Shown: positions 33,390 through 43,874, numbered from the stretch's first letter. The stretch: DNA of 54,659 bases from Bacillota bacterium (GCA_963928475.1 CAWVFN010000065.1:1-54659), one strand, 5' to 3'. The notes: a model not told the origin generated them from the sequence alone. Numbers and translations: made by a program.

Positions 33390-33677
33390 ATGAAATTCAA
33401 ACCCTTAGGCGACCGTGTATTAGTAAAAGTAGCAGAAGCTGAAGAAAGAACCCAAGGCGGTCTTATTATTGCCGATACCGCTAAAGAAAAGCCCCAGCAA
33501 GCAACAGTTATTGCCGTAGGTAAAGGCAGACTTTTAGATAATGGTACTTATGCTCCTGCCGAAGTAGCGGAAGGTCAAACAGTTATTTTCGCTAAATATG
33601 CCGGTACTGAAGTAAAAGATGGCGATGAAGCTTATCTCTTGCTCGAAGCCCGTGACATCTTGGCTGTCGTAGAATAA
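33390..33677 (+). CDS. groES: co-chaperonin GroES
   Basis: 95 aa beginning [13 protein letters not shown]. Confidence 0.97.
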   Translation: MKFKPLGDRVLVKVAEAEERTQGGLIIADTAKEKPQQATVIAVGKGRLLDNGTYAPAEVAEGQTVIFAKYAGTEVKDGDEAYLLLEARDILAVVE

Positions 33678-33706
33678 TCTTTGGTTTTATATAGGAGGAA
33701 TATTAA

Positions 33707-35335
<1,629 letters not shown>

Positions 35336-35362
35336 GTTAAAGAATATATATGTTTTATATTG

Positions 35363-35389
35363 ATAAGGCGGCGTTCAGCGCCGCCTTAT
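35363..35389 (+). terminator. GC-rich hairpin after groEL (terminator with a weak U tract)
   Basis: ATAAGGCGGCG-TTCAG-CGCCGCCTTAT. Confidence 0.6.
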
Positions 35390-35414
35390 TGCCAGTATAT
35401 AAGGGTATTTTAAT

Positions 35415-36050
35415 ATGATGAAAGCTGCTATCTTTGATATGGACGGTACATTGTTGGACTCCATGGGTATGTGGCGTAATGTACTGCCGAATTATTTAAA
35501 AACATTAAACATGGAATTTCCCGGCATCAATAATCTTGTGGAGCATATGTCCTTTACCGAGGCGGCATCTTATCTTTCCCGCCAACTGAATCTGGGGAAA
35601 AGCGCCGATGAGATTTACAATGAGGTCCAGGATAATATCGTTTATGAATATGATCATAATATTGAGTTAAAACCTCTAGTCAAGGAATATCTCGAATATC
35701 TCAAGGAACATCATATTCCAGCTTGTATTGCCACTCTTACTGATAAATATATGGCTGAAAGGGTGACACGTCGTTTAGGAGTCTATGATCTCTTTGAGTT
35801 TATTCTCACAGTAGGCGAGGTGGGCAAGGGAAAAGATGATCCTCTTATATATGAGGAATCAGCCCGCAGGTTAGGTATAGCCAAGTCCCGCTGTGTAGTT
35901 TTTGAGGACGCTCCCTACGCTATAGAGACAGCCCATAATAACGGTTTTCTCTGTTATGGTGTATTTGATCCCTGTCAGAATTATCCTCCGGGTTTTACTG
36001 ATAAATATTGTGATAAATTTATTTTAAGTTACGGTGACTTGATGAAATAA
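35415..36050 (+). CDS. HAD-superfamily hydrolase (subfamily IA, beta-phosphoglucomutase-like)
   Basis: DMDGTLLDS motif I and FEDAPYAIE motif near the C terminus. Confidence 0.8.
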   Translation: MMKAAIFDMDGTLLDSMGMWRNVLPNYLKTLNMEFPGINNLVEHMSFTEAASYLSRQLNLGKSADEIYNEVQDNIVYEYDHNIELKPLVKEYLEYLKEHHIPACIATLTDKYMAERVTRRLGVYDLFEFILTVGEVGKGKDDPLIYEESARRLGIAKSRCVVFEDAPYAIETAHNNGFLCYGVFDPCQNYPPGFTDKYCDKFILSYGDLMK

Positions 36051-36120
36051 TAACAGAGGTTGATCTATTAAAGAAATTTATTCAATTTATGGATAATTTA
36101 GCCTTAGTTAGGTAACCTCC

Positions 36121-36149
36121 TTGACACTGAAATCCCTGTTGTATATACT
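36121..36149 (+). promoter_or_regulatory. putative promoter of the cooC-like gene
   Basis: -35 TTGACA (36121-36126), a 17-nt spacer, -10 TATACT (36144-36149). Confidence 0.45.
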
Positions 36150-36237
36150 GAAAAAAATAAAAAGTTGTTATTAATTTTTATAGTCTCGGTTAGCATAAGG
36201 GAGATTATTAAATTAACTCAATTGGAGGTGTATATAT

Positions 36238-37005
36238 ATGACTCATGTTATAGCTGTAGCTGGTAAAGGCGGCGTAGGTAAGACCACCATTTGCGGATTG
36301 CTGATCCAATACCTTTGTGAAACAGGGAGAAAGCCGGTACTTGCTGTTGACGCTGACGCTAACTCCAATTTAAATGAGGTTCTCGGTGTTGAGGCTGGAC
36401 AAACCTTAGGAGAGATTCGAGAAAGCATGAAGACAGCATCTTCTCTGAAAAGTGATTTTCCTCAAAATATGACTAAAGACGTGTATGTAGAGCAGGAATT
36501 GCATGATGCTCTCACAGAAGAAGATGATTTTGATCTGTTGGTAATGGGACGCAGTCAAGGGCAGGGTTGTTATTGTTTTGTCAACGGACTTTTACAGAGA
36601 GAGATATTGTCTTTGAAGGACAACTATCCTTATATTGTTGTTGATAATGAGGCTGGCATGGAACATATCAGCCGTGGCATTCTGCCTCAGATAGATACAG
36701 CCATTTTAGTAAGTGATTGCTCCCGCCGTGGCATTCAGGCTGCTGGTCGTATTGCCAAGCTCATGGAGGAAATTGATATTCAGCCTAAGACGGTGGGTTT
36801 AATAGTAAACAGGGCTCCCAATGGCGAACTTAATGACGGTACCAAAGAAGAAATAGCTAATCAGGGACTAACACTTTTAGGTGTTATTCCCAGTGACGAC
36901 ACTATTTACCAATATGATTGTGACGGTGAACCCATCATAAATTTGCCCAAAGATTCACCGGTACGTGAAGCTTTAGGTAATATAGTTAATAAATTAGGAT
37001 TATAA
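36238..37005 (+). CDS. cooC: CooC/AcsF-family P-loop ATPase (nickel-insertion accessory protein-like)
   Basis: Deviant Walker A AGKGGVGKTT and a CxC motif (GQGCYCF), as in CooC. Confidence 0.7.
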   Translation: MTHVIAVAGKGGVGKTTICGLLIQYLCETGRKPVLAVDADANSNLNEVLGVEAGQTLGEIRESMKTASSLKSDFPQNMTKDVYVEQELHDALTEEDDFDLLVMGRSQGQGCYCFVNGLLQREILSLKDNYPYIVVDNEAGMEHISRGILPQIDTAILVSDCSRRGIQAAGRIAKLMEEIDIQPKTVGLIVNRAPNGELNDGTKEEIANQGLTLLGVIPSDDTIYQYDCDGEPIINLPKDSPVREALGNIVNKLGL

Positions 37006-37018
37006 GTAGAGGTGTACT

Positions 37019-37492
37019 ATGGTAACTATTGAAATGGAAAATGGCAAGAAGATAGTATTGGAATTATATCCGGAAAAAGCGCCTAAAACCGTAGAAAACT
37101 TTTTAAACCTTGTTAAGGATGGTTTCTATGACGGTTTGATATTTCATAGAGTGATCAGTGGTTTTATGATACAGGGTGGTTGCCCTGAAGGTACTGGTAT
37201 GGGCGGTCCTGGACATAATATTTATGGTGAGTTTAAGCTTAACGGCTTTAATAATGATTTAAAACATGAGCGTGGTGTTATTTCCATGGCTCGTGCCCAA
37301 GATCCCAATTCTGCTGGTTCTCAGTTTTTTATTATGCATGCTGACGCTCCTCATCTTGACGGTTCCTATGCCGCGTTTGGCAGAGTTGTTGAAGGTATGG
37401 AGGCAGTAGATGAAATCGCCGGTGTAGATGTGAATTTTAATGACAGACCTATGGTACCTCAGGTTATGAAGAGGGTTTATATTACTGAGTGA
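37019..37492 (+). CDS. ppiB: cyclophilin-type peptidyl-prolyl cis-trans isomerase
   Basis: FHRVISGFMIQGG and SQFFI motifs. Confidence 0.93.
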   Translation: MVTIEMENGKKIVLELYPEKAPKTVENFLNLVKDGFYDGLIFHRVISGFMIQGGCPEGTGMGGPGHNIYGEFKLNGFNNDLKHERGVISMARAQDPNSAGSQFFIMHADAPHLDGSYAAFGRVVEGMEAVDEIAGVDVNFNDRPMVPQVMKRVYITE

Positions 37493-37558
37493 CTTTTTGG
37501 TTAAAATAACAATCTATTTGGTCTGGTTCTGCAAAACAATATGGAATTGTTTTGACAA

Positions 37559-37589
37559 ACGGTATAGCTTTGGCTATGCCGTTTTTTTG
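37559..37589 (+). terminator. intrinsic terminator after ppiB
   Basis: ACGGTATAGC-TTTG-GCTATGCCGT followed by TTTTTT. It is preceded by a second 9-bp hairpin at 37532-37554. Confidence 0.8.
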
Positions 37590-37668
37590 TCTATTTTGTA
37601 GTAGGCTATATGGTAACCGTTAGTATCTTAGCTGGCTGTTAATATTATTATATTTTAGCTGTATGCTG

Positions 37669-38580
37669 CTATTTTTCTTCATTGTTAGCAGTGACGTATT
37701 CTTTAATCTGATATTTGTAATCTGTGGAAGTGTAATAGGTGCCTGCGGCCATAATGATAAGAGCCGCGAAAAAGTATGGCTGAGGTATCTCACGGAATAT
37801 TAAAAGCGAAATAAATACGCCGATAAACGGTGCGACACTGTAGTAGGCTGCGGTTTTAGCGGCGCCTAAATATCTTTGGGCGTATACATAAAAATAAATA
37901 CTTAAGCCATAGGAAATGAAACCTAAAATTAAAGCAGACAGGATAGTAGTGATAGGAGGAGCTTGATTTCCTATTAAAATGGCGATAAATAAAGATCCTA
38001 AACCGGAGCCAAAACCCTTGATAGTAACTATTTCACCAGGGCTTTTATGAGCTATGCACCTGGTACAATTGTTTTCCAATCCCCAGCAGAAAGTTGCCGT
38101 AATTATAAATAATGAGCCTATGGAAAAAGATAGGCTTTGATGATCTTTTAAAGTAAGGATTATACCGGCTATCGTTACTAAGGTGATACCCAGCCAAAGT
38201 CTGGGATTAATTTTTTCTTTGAAAAAGATAAATGCGATTAAGGAAGTAGTTACTATCTCAAAATTATTAAGGAGGGAGGCGTTCGGAGCCGAGGTAAAAG
38301 ACAGTCCCAGGAGAAGAAAAATAGGAGCCAATATATCGAGTATTACCATGGCTATAGTATAGGGGATATCTTCTTTAGTTAAGGGGTATTCCTTTAATTT
38401 TTTATTTCGTTGTTTTTTTATAGTTTCCATACACAACATACCCATACCCGCTCCCAGATATAGGAAGGCAGCCAGCATAATAGGGGAAGCGTTATTAAGT
38501 ATGATTTTAGAGAAGGGGATATTGAGAGCATAAAGTGTAGCAGCTGTTAAGCCCCAGAAAATTGCCTTTTTATTAGCCAT
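37669..38580 (-). CDS. EamA/DMT-superfamily transporter
   Basis: About 10 TM segments in two EamA repeats. Start moved to ATG 38580 (MANKKAIFWG; the GG of AAAGGA lies about 10 nt upstream of the ATG). The track ORF extends to 38658, through the promoter and palindrome. Confidence 0.82.
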   Translation of the reverse strand: MANKKAIFWGLTAATLYALNIPFSKIILNNASPIMLAAFLYLGAGMGMLCMETIKKQRNKKLKEYPLTKEDIPYTIAMVILDILAPIFLLLGLSFTSAPNASLLNNFEIVTTSLIAFIFFKEKINPRLWLGITLVTIAGIILTLKDHQSLSFSIGSLFIITATFCWGLENNCTRCIAHKSPGEIVTIKGFGSGLGSLFIAILIGNQAPPITTILSALILGFISYGLSIYFYVYAQRYLGAAKTAAYYSVAPFIGVFISLLIFREIPQPYFFAALIIMAAGTYYTSTDYKYQIKEYVTANNEEK

Positions 38581-38594
38581 TAAATCAGATCCTT

Positions 38595-38635
38595 TACAAT
38601 TTACATATCCCCCCAGGGGGGATATGTAAATTGTA
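38595..38635. promoter_or_regulatory. perfect 41-bp palindromic operator overlapping the EamA transporter promoter
   Basis: TACAATTTACATATCCCCCC-A-GGGGGGATATGTAAATTGTA, with 20-bp arms and no mismatch. Confidence 0.7.
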
Positions 38636-38658
38636 CCATAGCTTTTTGCCGATGACAA
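38630..38658 (-). promoter_or_regulatory. putative sigma-A promoter of the EamA transporter
   Basis: Minus strand: -35 TTGTCA (38658-38653), a 17-nt spacer, -10 TACAAT (38635-38630). The -10 is the outermost 6 nt of the palindrome. Confidence 0.55.
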
Positions 38659-38686
38659 GTTGATTTTTATATTATATTAATTTTGG

Positions 38687-38724
38687 CCAAAAAAAGAAGT
38701 CCTATATAACGCATAGGACTTCTT
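38687..38724 (-). terminator. intrinsic terminator after the zinc-ribbon gene
   Basis: Minus strand AAGAAGTCCTAT-loop-ATAGGACTTCTT followed by TTTTTTGG. Confidence 0.8.
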
Positions 38725-38751
38725 TAACAGTATTCTATTATTTATATAGAC

Positions 38752-39030
38752 TTATTCAGAGTCTCTCATTGTTTGCAGGCATTCTCTGCAATAAACAGGA
38801 CGTCCGTTAGTGGGACGGAAGGGAACCTGTGTTTCTACACCGCATTGATCGCAGATAACGTTAAACATTTCCCTTTCCCCGTTTCTTTGACGGCGTCTTT
38901 TTTGACGGCATTCGGGGCAGCGGGCGGGCTCATTCTGGAAACCTTTTTCAGCGTAGAATTCCTGTTCCGAAGCGGAAAACAAAAATTCAGCGCCACATTC
39001 TTTGCATACAAGTGTCTTGTCGGAATACAT
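38752..39030 (-). CDS. zinc-ribbon protein with duplicated CxxC-x17-CxxC modules
   Basis: 92 aa with CKECG...CPECR and CDQCG...CRECL. Basic linker RQKRRRQRNGE. Confidence 0.75.
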   Translation of the reverse strand: MYSDKTLVCKECGAEFLFSASEQEFYAEKGFQNEPARCPECRQKRRRQRNGEREMFNVICDQCGVETQVPFRPTNGRPVYCRECLQTMRDSE

Positions 39031-39258
39031 ATTGAGTTTACCTCCTAAATTTTCCTATTGCTTTGTCCTTTGGGTCTGATCCATTTAGGAGTAAACTTTC
39101 CGGACTAAGAAATAGAGCTGGCTCTATTATATCTTAGATTAGGTTATTTTGCAATAATTTTTTATACGATAGTTTTCTGACAGCAGGGTAAGTATTTTTT
39201 GTTATTTTTAGGAAAGAAAGGTGTAAGGCTTTACATTTTGGAGAGATTATGTTACTAT

Positions 39259-39272
39259 AGAACAAATGTTCT
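39259..39272. promoter_or_regulatory. LexA (SOS/Cheo) box
   Basis: AGAACAAATGTTCT contains the Firmicute GAAC-N4-GTTC core. It abuts and overlaps a TATAAT at 39272-39277. Confidence 0.75.
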
Positions 39273-39287
39273 ATAATGGTGATAGTT

Positions 39288-40541
39288 ATGAAAGATAGAG
39301 TGATTTTCCATATTGATGTCAACAGCGCTTTTTTGTCGTGGTCGGCAGCGGATCATCTTTTTCGAGGAGGTACAACTGATTACCGCGGTTTAAACGCAGT
39401 GGTAGCCAAGGAAGGGATGGGCAAAAGTATTGTTTTGGCTAAAAGTGAGAGTGCTAAAAAGTTAGGTGTAAAAACCGGTGAACCTATATGGCAGGCTCAG
39501 GAGAAGTGCCCTGATCTTACGGTAATAGAGCCGGATTACAGTCTTTATTTGCGTGCTAGCGACGCTATGCGCGGCTTGTTTTTTGATTATACTCCATTAG
39601 TGGAGCCTTTTTCCATTGATGAGTGTTTTTTGGATATGACAGGCCAAGAGAAGTTTTTTGGTGAGGCGGAAACAGCGGCTCACAACATGAAGGAGCGCAT
39701 CAAAAAAGAGCTTGGCTTCACAGTTAATGTGGGAATTGGTGATAATAAGCCTTTGGCGAAGATGGCTTCAGAATTTAAAAAACCTGATTTAGTTCATACA
39801 TTGTGGCTTGATGATATTAAAGAGAAACTTTGGCCCAGACCTATTGATTTTCTGTTTATGGCAGGGAAAAAATCCGTAGTGAAGCTGAGGAAGATTGGCA
39901 TAGATACCATAGGGAAGCTGGCTAATATAGACCGTGATTTTATCAATCAATATATGGGTAAGCAAGGTGATATGCTGTATCGTTACGCTAATGGCATAGA
40001 TAATGAGCCGGTACTTCCCGGCGAATTGCCGCCGCCGAAAAGCGTCAGTCAATCTATAACTTTACCGTTAATTTTAACTGATATAGCTGAGGCGGAAACC
40101 ATATTTGTATATATTACGGAAAATCTTTGCGCTAAATTGCGGCAGAAGAATATGACAGCAGGTGTTGTTCATGTAGGTGTAAAGAATAGAGAACGGTTGT
40201 ATTTTGGCAAACAGCGACGCTCTCAGTACCCCTTGTCACACCGGCGTATAATTTTGGCGGAGGCCTTAGCTTTATTAGGTGAGCTTTGGCCGGCTGATGG
40301 TGTTCGCTATGTTGGTTTATCCTTAGGTGATCTGCGCTGTGACAGAGTGGTGGAGGCTGATTTATTCGGCAATGATCTGCAAAAGGAGGAGAGGCTTGAC
40401 GCGGCTTTATATAGTATAAAGAAACGTTATGGTGATGATGCCATATATTCAGGCAGGCTGTTAAACAGCAAGGTCAAGAGTTATTTTCGGGACATGGGTT
40501 CTGACCGGGAGGAAGATGGCGATTTGCCGCGTTTTTTTTAG
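39288..40541 (+). CDS. Y-family DNA polymerase (UmuC/PolY2-like translesion polymerase)
   Basis: Begins MKDRVIFHIDVNSAF; SIDECFLD catalytic motif. Start placed at ATG 39288 because the earlier ATG 39276 overlaps the putative -10 element. Confidence 0.85.
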   Translation: MKDRVIFHIDVNSAFLSWSAADHLFRGGTTDYRGLNAVVAKEGMGKSIVLAKSESAKKLGVKTGEPIWQAQEKCPDLTVIEPDYSLYLRASDAMRGLFFDYTPLVEPFSIDECFLDMTGQEKFFGEAETAAHNMKERIKKELGFTVNVGIGDNKPLAKMASEFKKPDLVHTLWLDDIKEKLWPRPIDFLFMAGKKSVVKLRKIGIDTIGKLANIDRDFINQYMGKQGDMLYRYANGIDNEPVLPGELPPPKSVSQSITLPLILTDIAEAETIFVYITENLCAKLRQKNMTAGVVHVGVKNRERLYFGKQRRSQYPLSHRRIILAEALALLGELWPADGVRYVGLSLGDLRCDRVVEADLFGNDLQKEERLDAALYSIKKRYGDDAIYSGRLLNSKVKSYFRDMGSDREEDGDLPRFF

Positions 40542-40560
40542 AACTGGGAGATGGTGAAAT

Positions 40561-40818
40561 ATGAAAATCTTGATGCAGCCTATAGAGATGTATTGCGTTT
40601 ATGATGAATCAGGCCGTGTTGATCCCTTAGCTTTTCGTTGGGAGGGTGATGATTTTACGATAAAGGCCTCTTTGGTGGTAAAAGAACGAAAAGAAGTAAG
40701 GATAGCTGGTAATTTTGCTATTGATTATTTATGTGATTGGCGTCAGGGTGAGCGTCTTTATTCTTCTGTGATTCGCTGGGATAGACGGGAAAACCGCTGG
40801 TATCTTTATAAAATATAG
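40561..40818 (+). CDS. hypothetical small protein (85 aa), apparently co-transcribed with the Y-family polymerase
   Basis: GGGAGATGG RBS region upstream, and only 19 nt downstream of the polymerase stop. I recognised no family. Confidence 0.55.
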   Translation: MKILMQPIEMYCVYDESGRVDPLAFRWEGDDFTIKASLVVKERKEVRIAGNFAIDYLCDWRQGERLYSSVIRWDRRENRWYLYKI

Positions 40819-40950
40819 ATTTTTTTATTTTTTCCAGATTTTGACTATTGGTAAGGTAGATTAAAATTTTCCTTAAAAAGCTAAAAAAATGCCTTGTTTC
40901 CGTAATAAAAAGAGGGTAGAATGTAAGAAAAAAAGGAATGGTGTAGAATT

Positions 40951-41559
40951 ATGGAAGGCGGCAGTAAACTGATACATGCTTTAAATAAATACCGCGGTGA
41001 TTTTCTTGAGGCTGATCCTGCTAAGATGGCGGAATTGGCTGGCGGGCGCTGGGAAAAGCCGAATATATACCTAAAATTTATCAACCGTGAGGTTGCCATT
41101 AACGCTGATACCGGCGATGTGGTGCCGGCGCCGCCTAGCATTTTGGAGCATATTCTGATCTTGAAATATCTTCTTGAGGCTCAGGGGTTAGAGGCATCCT
41201 CAATAGATGATGAGTACATAGCTTTTCGTCAGTTGCCCTGTGGTTCTCATCATCAATCCGCCTTTAAAGTGGAAGTCATTGACGCGCTGAGCCGTTGTTT
41301 CGGGTCTGATCTGAGAAAATTTTCCCGTGCTGCCCAGGCTCTTGGTGGTGTTCAATCACCTGGCGGGGATATGGCTTATACAATTTCTTATTTCCCCAAA
41401 ATTAGTTTAAGGGTCATAATCTGGGAGGCTGATGAAGAGTTTCCGGCTCAGAGCGCTTTTTTGTTTGACAAGCGCAGTCAGTTTCATATGGATACTGATG
41501 GCCTTAATGAGGTGGCCAATTCCCTTACAGCCATATTATTAAAGGAGGCTGAGAAATGA
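40951..41559 (+). CDS. hypothetical protein, possibly DUF3786 family
   Basis: 202 aa. The family call is from memory of the general N-terminal pattern only. It overlaps the next gene by 4 nt. Confidence 0.45.
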   Translation: MEGGSKLIHALNKYRGDFLEADPAKMAELAGGRWEKPNIYLKFINREVAINADTGDVVPAPPSILEHILILKYLLEAQGLEASSIDDEYIAFRQLPCGSHHQSAFKVEVIDALSRCFGSDLRKFSRAAQALGGVQSPGGDMAYTISYFPKISLRVIIWEADEEFPAQSAFLFDKRSQFHMDTDGLNEVANSLTAILLKEAEK

Positions 41560-42131
41560 GTCACTTTTTTGCTTATATCAGCAAAATGAAGTGGATAAAG
41601 CGCTGGGGTTTGATGAAAAACACTGCTGAAGAAAATATAATGGAGCATAGCTGGCAGGTAGCGGTTATAGCTCATGGCCTGGCTCAGATAAATAATGATA
41701 TTTTAGGTAAGCAGGTAGACAGTGAGCATATTGCCATGTTAGCTCTTTATCATGAAACAGGTGAGGTCATAACTGGTGATTTTGCCACCCCAGTTAAATA
41801 TTATAATCCAGAAGTGAAAAAAGCTATCGGGGATTTGGAGCATGTGGCGAAAGAAAAGATTTTTTCCATGCTGCCCCGGGAGCTGCAGCCAGGTTACAGA
41901 CCGCTGATTTTTCCTGATGAGTCATCAGAGGAGTATCGGATAGTTAAAGCGGCGGATAAGATCTGTGCTTACCTTAAGTGTGTAGAGGAGTTGAAATGCG
42001 GCAATAGGGAATTCACCAAGGCGGAAAAGACCATAAAAAACGATATAGAAAAAATGGACAGAGATGATGTTAAATATTTTATGGCTAATTTTGCCGAGAG
42101 TTTCGCTTTAACCCTTGATGAATTAAATTAG
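41556..42131 (+). CDS. yfbR: HD-domain 5'-deoxynucleotidase (YfbR-like)
   Basis: RWGLMKNTAEENIMEHSWQVA ... YHETGEVITGDFATPVKY parallels the YfbR motifs. Confidence 0.8.
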   Translation: MSHFFAYISKMKWIKRWGLMKNTAEENIMEHSWQVAVIAHGLAQINNDILGKQVDSEHIAMLALYHETGEVITGDFATPVKYYNPEVKKAIGDLEHVAKEKIFSMLPRELQPGYRPLIFPDESSEEYRIVKAADKICAYLKCVEELKCGNREFTKAEKTIKNDIEKMDRDDVKYFMANFAESFALTLDELN

Positions 42132-42188
42132 CGATAGTTTTATAGCTGGATTGTGTGAAAATAATTATGGATTGTGATGGAGGAAAAA

Positions 42189-43541
42189 ATGTCCGGTAAT
42201 CGGGATAGATATGAACATAGAAGAAAGAGAGATAATAGCCAAGAGCAGGCAAGAAAAGGGGAACGTCACAGGGAGGAACGTCATAGGGAGTCGGCTAATA
42301 AATCCCAGAATAACGGTGCTATAGATATCATTAAAATTCTTAAGGAAAAGCTCTTTTCATATAAGGTAAAGGCGCCTAATATGAGTGACTCCTTTGATTT
42401 TGACGAGAATGAGTATTTTGGCGGTCCTGTTTCCCATAGTGACGGTGATTCAGAAAAATATGATAAGAGAGCTGCGGTAAAAAGCAGTAGACCAGCTAAA
42501 GAGCAGAGGGAAAAAAGGTATGAGCACAGGGAGCCGCGGCGTCCCCGCAATGAATATAATTCACAGGACAGGAGAAGGGTGAAATCCCCTGATGATTATT
42601 TAAGCTCAGTGAAAAGGAAGGCTGGTGCCGGCTTAAAAAAAGGTGCTGATTTAGCTAAAAAGGGTGCTGATTTAAAAAAGGGCGCTGGCAAATTGAAAAA
42701 TGGTATTGATAAAAAAATACCAGCGGCTATCGCTGGTGTAGCTGTTGTTTTTATTTTTGCTGGTATTCTCCTGGCAGTGATACCTGGTATAGGTGGTAAA
42801 GCCTCGGAACCAAATGTATCGCCTCAGGATATTTTTCCAACTCAAACCTATACCTATAATGATGGTCTTATTACAATGGGCTTAGAGGATCAATCTGCCA
42901 TAGCCCAGAATAGTGAGTATAAAATACCCCTTAAACCCAAGGAGTATGATCCCATAGTTTACAGTTATCCTGCCGCGGGTAAGAGAGTAGCCTTAACTTT
43001 TGACGATGGTCCTTCAAAGGAGATGACAGATGATTATATTCAGGTATTGGCTGATAATAATGTAAAAGCGACTTTCTTTTTATTAGCCAAAAATGTACAG
43101 GCTTTCCCTGATGAGGCCAGAATGCTGCAGGAGGCTGGTCACGATATTGCTAATCATTCTCTTAATCACGCTCAATTGTCGGGTTTATCTGGAGATTCCT
43201 TAAAGAATGATTTTGCGGAATCCAACAAGATATTCAAAGAGGTTTTAGGCAAAACTCCTAAATTTATGCGTCCTCCTTATGGCAGTTATAATGATGAGGT
43301 CTTGGCTACTGCCAGAGAATATGGTCAAATACCGATATATTGGAGTATAGATACTAACGATTGGCGTAAATATTCTACGGAAACCATGGTAGAGACTATA
43401 AAGAGTGAGATGTCTGATGGTGCCATTATCCTTATGCACGAGGGTAAGAGCAATACCCTGGAGGCTTTGCCTACAATAATACAGGCTATACGGGATATGG
43501 GTTATGAGATAGTACCCTTATCTGAGCTGCTAAGCTATTAA
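42189..43541 (+). CDS. polysaccharide deacetylase (NodB homology domain) with an N-terminal basic disordered region and one TM helix
   Basis: LTFDDGPS motif and HSLNH. N-terminal R/K/E-rich region with KKGADL repeats. Start placed at ATG 42189, 5 nt after GGAGG; the track ORF begins at GTG 42174. Confidence 0.82.
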   Translation: MSGNRDRYEHRRKRDNSQEQARKGERHREERHRESANKSQNNGAIDIIKILKEKLFSYKVKAPNMSDSFDFDENEYFGGPVSHSDGDSEKYDKRAAVKSSRPAKEQREKRYEHREPRRPRNEYNSQDRRRVKSPDDYLSSVKRKAGAGLKKGADLAKKGADLKKGAGKLKNGIDKKIPAAIAGVAVVFIFAGILLAVIPGIGGKASEPNVSPQDIFPTQTYTYNDGLITMGLEDQSAIAQNSEYKIPLKPKEYDPIVYSYPAAGKRVALTFDDGPSKEMTDDYIQVLADNNVKATFFLLAKNVQAFPDEARMLQEAGHDIANHSLNHAQLSGLSGDSLKNDFAESNKIFKEVLGKTPKFMRPPYGSYNDEVLATAREYGQIPIYWSIDTNDWRKYSTETMVETIKSEMSDGAIILMHEGKSNTLEALPTIIQAIRDMGYEIVPLSELLSY

Positions 43542-43546
43542 AAAGA

Positions 43547-43572
43547 AAAACCATACCGTTAAGTATGGTTTT
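43547..43572 (+). terminator. intrinsic terminator after the deacetylase gene
   Basis: AAAACCATAC-CGTTAA-GTATGGTTTT. Confidence 0.75.
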
Positions 43573-43845
43573 GGGGAAGAACCCCTTAGGATGCGGGTAG
43601 TTTCTGGTGAACATTTTGACCCGCTTAGCAGAGATATGATTTACCGGGACTTAAAAACCCGACCGGGACCACGTGGAGTTAAACGTTGTCCTTAGTGAAA
43701 TTATAATATATTTTGGATAGATATGACAAGAACATAATAAGTCGAATAGCCTGGTATATTGTCGAATACGGCAGCTTGGCCAGGGAAGTGAAGCTTTTTG
43801 CTTTCCTTATCGAATTAAGTTTAAATCTATTGTTGCGTATATCTG

Positions 43846-43874
43846 TTGACAAGTATAGTTTCATATGTTATAAT
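43846..43874 (+). promoter_or_regulatory. promoter of the rimP-nusA-infB operon
   Basis: -35 TTGACA (43846-43851), a 17-nt spacer, extended -10 TGtTATAAT (43866-43874). Confidence 0.8.

Noticed and set aside
38581-38658. N-terminal 26-codon extension of the EamA ORF (MSSAKSYGTIYISPLGGYVNCKGSDL)
   Set aside because: The extension reads through the 41-bp palindrome and the predicted -35/-10 elements. The internal ATG 38580 has an RBS and starts directly at the first TM helix.
38773-39048. 91-aa plus-strand ORF
   Set aside because: It is the mirror-frame antisense of the zinc-ribbon gene, whose CxxC motifs give it far better coding evidence.
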